NCBI GenBank assembly: GCA_002633005.1
Contig: NMRA01000623.1
Location: 179,410 to 243,409 of the forward strand
DNA: 64,000 nucleotides
Direction: 5' to 3'
Source: Phoronis australis
Lineage: Eukaryota; Animalia; Phoronida
The notes under the pieces were generated by a model. It was not told where the DNA came from and did no database searches. It worked only from the letters and a program-made list of their open reading frames with translations. Shown piece by piece: positions 60,768 to 64,000 of this stretch (within the stretch, counting starts at the first letter, position 1; every line of letters begins with the position of its first letter). A program made the translations under genes and the position numbers.

Positions 60768-63157
60768 TTAAACATTTCACGGCATTGGGGAAGTTATAAC
60801 CTGCTCTGCTTATCTGGAGAGTGTAATTGATTGCTGCTGAGATCAACATTTTACAGGATCGACTATTTCTGTAGTACACAGTCTCACTTTTGCTTATAAC
60901 TTAACTAATATGGGAGGAGCAGGAATTTTTGAAACGTCACAATACGATTTCAAAGTGATTTCTAGACATTGTAGAACAATTAAGAAGACCTCCGACGCAA
61001 GTTTTCCGTACATGTACTTTCGCGATAAAATACCCAAAATGATTTTTTTATAATTGGTTTGCGCCAGTCAGCAGAATAAAAAACTCAATTCTTGTACTGG
61101 GATACGAAATAAGCATTTACATTGCCTTTACGTATGTTGTAATCACATTCTCTTTGTAAATTGCGCGGTTTTGGTTTAGGCCTGTTTATACGATTCTTTT
61201 GCGGAAATGTTTGCGCAAAGATTGCAGAATAGGATTGCGAAAAAAAATCGCGCGAACGCAAAAATACTGCATTATTCCAATTTCACCAAATTTTGCGGAA
61301 TTTATTGCGAAAAACATTCCAGGCGTTGTAACAGTTGCTTACATGCTTGATAATTACTCGTCGCATACTCGAAACAAAACGGAAGATTGGCGGCACGTTT
61401 ATCGCACCGTGCATGGTACCAGAATTCCCGCTTTACTTTCAAAAAGTCTCGAAATCTGTGTTGATTCGCTATAAAATTTGTTTACCTAAAAATAAGGTCT
61501 GACGCAGAGACTGTTACGCCGGTTTCTCATCACTGGCAAATAGCGTGTAGGCTTACCATAAACGTGAATAATACGTTTACAAGGAAGTCACGCATTAAGA
61601 TATGCGGGAATTTTCACCGCTCGTCCTTCTGAGCGGCTTTTACCAGGATCAAAGAGAGCTCGACGCCGAAATCAGGTACAATTGTGATGACCGCAATGCC
61701 CGATGCGAACAAGACCCAATTAAAGACCATAAACTGTATTAAACATCTCTGACTGTACATAATGGCGAATTTTCAAAATGCATTAACCACTAATTTTCGT
61801 TAAAACCGAACACCACGGCGGTATTCAGCTGGAAAAAAACAACCAAGTACGGCTTTCGATTTTTAAAAATTGATGAACTAATAATTTAAAAACTATAACC
61901 ATTGGGTGCGATTAAAGATAAACTACAGCCCGTATTGACATACTCGGTGGATATACAAACTCGCTTATCAGAGTTAACAATATCACATGGATTCATTTCT
62001 TTTAATCTCTTTTAACCAGATTTTGACCAGGAAACAGTTGTACTTAACTTGTGCCCACTTTTCATTTTTTACTACTGACAAAAAGCTAGAATAGTTAATA
62101 GTCAGTGCCACCGAAATTGCCCAGAGATTTCAAATCTTCAGTTCTGGTTATCACCATATTTGCACTTTTGTATACTATTTTATGATTTGAGTTCTAATAA
62201 AGATTAAACATTAATGACACGTGAAATGTTTAGTGCACCTGTGGAAAGTTTAGGGATGGGCTCACAATGAACTTTACTAATTAAATTTCGCAGGCGATCA
62301 AAATCTACCACTGTTTTAGTACTTCAAGTTTAAAGTGTACACAACATGACTCTAGTACCTCAAAATAAATTTTATTATTATATCTTACTTGATTTCAGTG
62401 CCNGGCTCACAATGAACTTTACTAATTAAATTTCGCAGGCGATCAAAATCTACCACTGTTTTAGTACTTCAAGTTTAAAACTTAGATAAAAAGTTATCAA
62501 CCCGTCCCCGGTAAGAAAAAAACAAACAAGTGGGTAGCAGCATTAAAAATTAAATAACGAAAACCAATATGAAACATATCATTCCTTTGGGAAGTGGCCC
62601 TTTGTGAAGATAAACACAAGTTTACCTTTTTAGTCATTTTGTAATATTTATAATGTACCGAGTTAAAACGACTCTCCAGAGTTGCAGGCTGTAGTGAACT
62701 TTGCAAATGTCAGAGAAAACTAAATTGGGGATACTAAAACAACCATTGTTGAGACAGTAATGCTAGCTATTATCTTTCCACTTCATTAGCTCAGATCTAC
62801 ATCAATACAAAGGGCGTGCTGAATAGGCATCGTAAAAGTTAAGGGGCTAAGGGAATCTGAGCGGAGACCAGCGTAAGCGAGAAATTCTCCACATACCAAC
62901 AGTGCTTTCCACATCTCAACTATATCTGACATACCCACGAGTGAACACTGACTCACACAGGTGTGTCCCATTAACACTGACACACACTCCTGTACCAATA
63001 GCAGAGTTGCAACCGAATCGATTTAACGATTGCGCATGTCCGGAAATTAGGGTGCGCAAAGGCTACTGGGATTGTTGATGGTAAACGGGATGACCGACTG
63101 GTTTGCACGACGTGTAATTTGTGTGCATTAAACTACGCTGCTGTATGTAATTCTGCC

Positions 63158-63260
63158 GCTATTCGCCCTAATTAGCGCCCATGGCTCAACAAGTGCCCCA
63201 ACGCGTTTTCAGACTTTGCTAAAGTAAGCGCCCAGCCCATGAACTACATGCGAAAAATGC
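63158..63260. mobile_element. Second copy (terminus) of the 32087-33510 family, truncated by an assembly gap
   Basis: TTTTCAGACTTTGCTAAAGTAAGCGCCCAG matches the reverse complement of about 33428-33458. Confidence 0.55.
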
Positions 63261-63456
63261 NNNNNNNNNNNNNNNNNNNNNNNNNNNNNNNNNNNNNNNN
63301 NNNNNNNNNNNNNNNNNNNNNNNNNNNNNNNNNNNNNNNNNNNNNNNNNNNNNNNNNNNNNNNNNNNNNNNNNNNNNNNNNNNNNNNNNNNNNNNNNNNN
63401 NNNNNNNNNNNNNNNNNNNNNNNNNNNNNNNNNNNNNNNNNNNNNNNNNNNNNNNN
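63261..63456. other. Assembly gap
   Basis: Run of N; other gaps at 43147-43194 and a single N at 62403. Confidence 0.99.
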
Positions 63457-64000
63457 AATCTGCGTGATCAAAACAAACGAATGTTGCCCATAATGCTGTG
63501 CGGTTTGACCTTTCGGCAACTAATCAGCTGTTTCCGGTACTCCTCCGAAGAAGAGAAGTTCGCCTTAACCAGGTAATTTATTCGTTTCTTGAACATTTTG
63601 ATGACGATATTGCTCCCTGTATGAGCTGAACAGTCTAACTATTACTCTTAGAATTATATGAAACCATTACCTGTGGGAAAATTACGTTCTCAATTTGATA
63701 GTAATCGTCGTGATCGAGTCGAGGGAGTCTGCAGTGGTACCCAGCCAGCTAGCGGTATCAGCTAGGTACCACTGTGTGTTTTTCTTCAATAGAGCCCGAA
63801 ATTCACACAGCCAGGGTAGTATATTTAGTATACAGATTTGTACCAAGGATAGCCCTAGTCCTATCAATGGAGTGTAATGTCATTGTGGTTGGATAGACCC
63901 TGTTTGTCACTCGATGGTCGTGACTTGAATTTCTACCTGCTGGCAGTTTTCAGACTTTGGACTTGAATTGCAAAACTATTCGTGGTTTTTCATTGCCATA

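Noticed and set aside
62258-62480. Exact duplication of about 75 bp next to a single N
   Set aside because: Probably a contig-join artifact.
57700-64000. An additional gene in the last 6 kb
   Set aside because: No recognisable exon chain or protein motif; the region looks like transposon fragments plus a gap.

Overview
Eukaryotic (metazoan, AT-rich, probably an invertebrate bilaterian) genomic window containing four intron-containing genes, which I reconstructed by hand from splice sites and protein motifs. (1) The last two coding exons and long 3' UTR of a TSC22-domain (TSC22D/bunched) gene (+). (2) A complete 3-exon SERP1/RAMP4 gene (-, 64 aa, absent from the ORF track). (3) A complete 17-exon eIF2A gene (+, about 572 aa) lying head-to-head with SERP1. 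(4) A 17-coding-exon CENP-I gene (-, about 725 aa) lying tail-to-tail with eIF2A. The order and orientation TSC22D(+)-SERP1(-)-EIF2A(+) match what I recall for human 3q25.1. eIF2A carries two consecutive minor-spliceosome (U12) introns, one GT-AG and one AT-AC, around a 102-nt exon. Introns and intergenic DNA are rich in repeats: an ISL2EU-like relic (THAP, SAP and YqaJ remnants, AT TSD), Penelope-like fragments with minimal hammerhead motifs (one as a fold-back insertion), hAT-like elements with unusual 6- and 7-bp TSDs, Harbinger- and Tc1-type MITEs, Helentron-like repeats, LINE fragments, and many minisatellites next to exons. Most ORF-track entries are spurious. Family assignments come from recalled motifs, not database searches.
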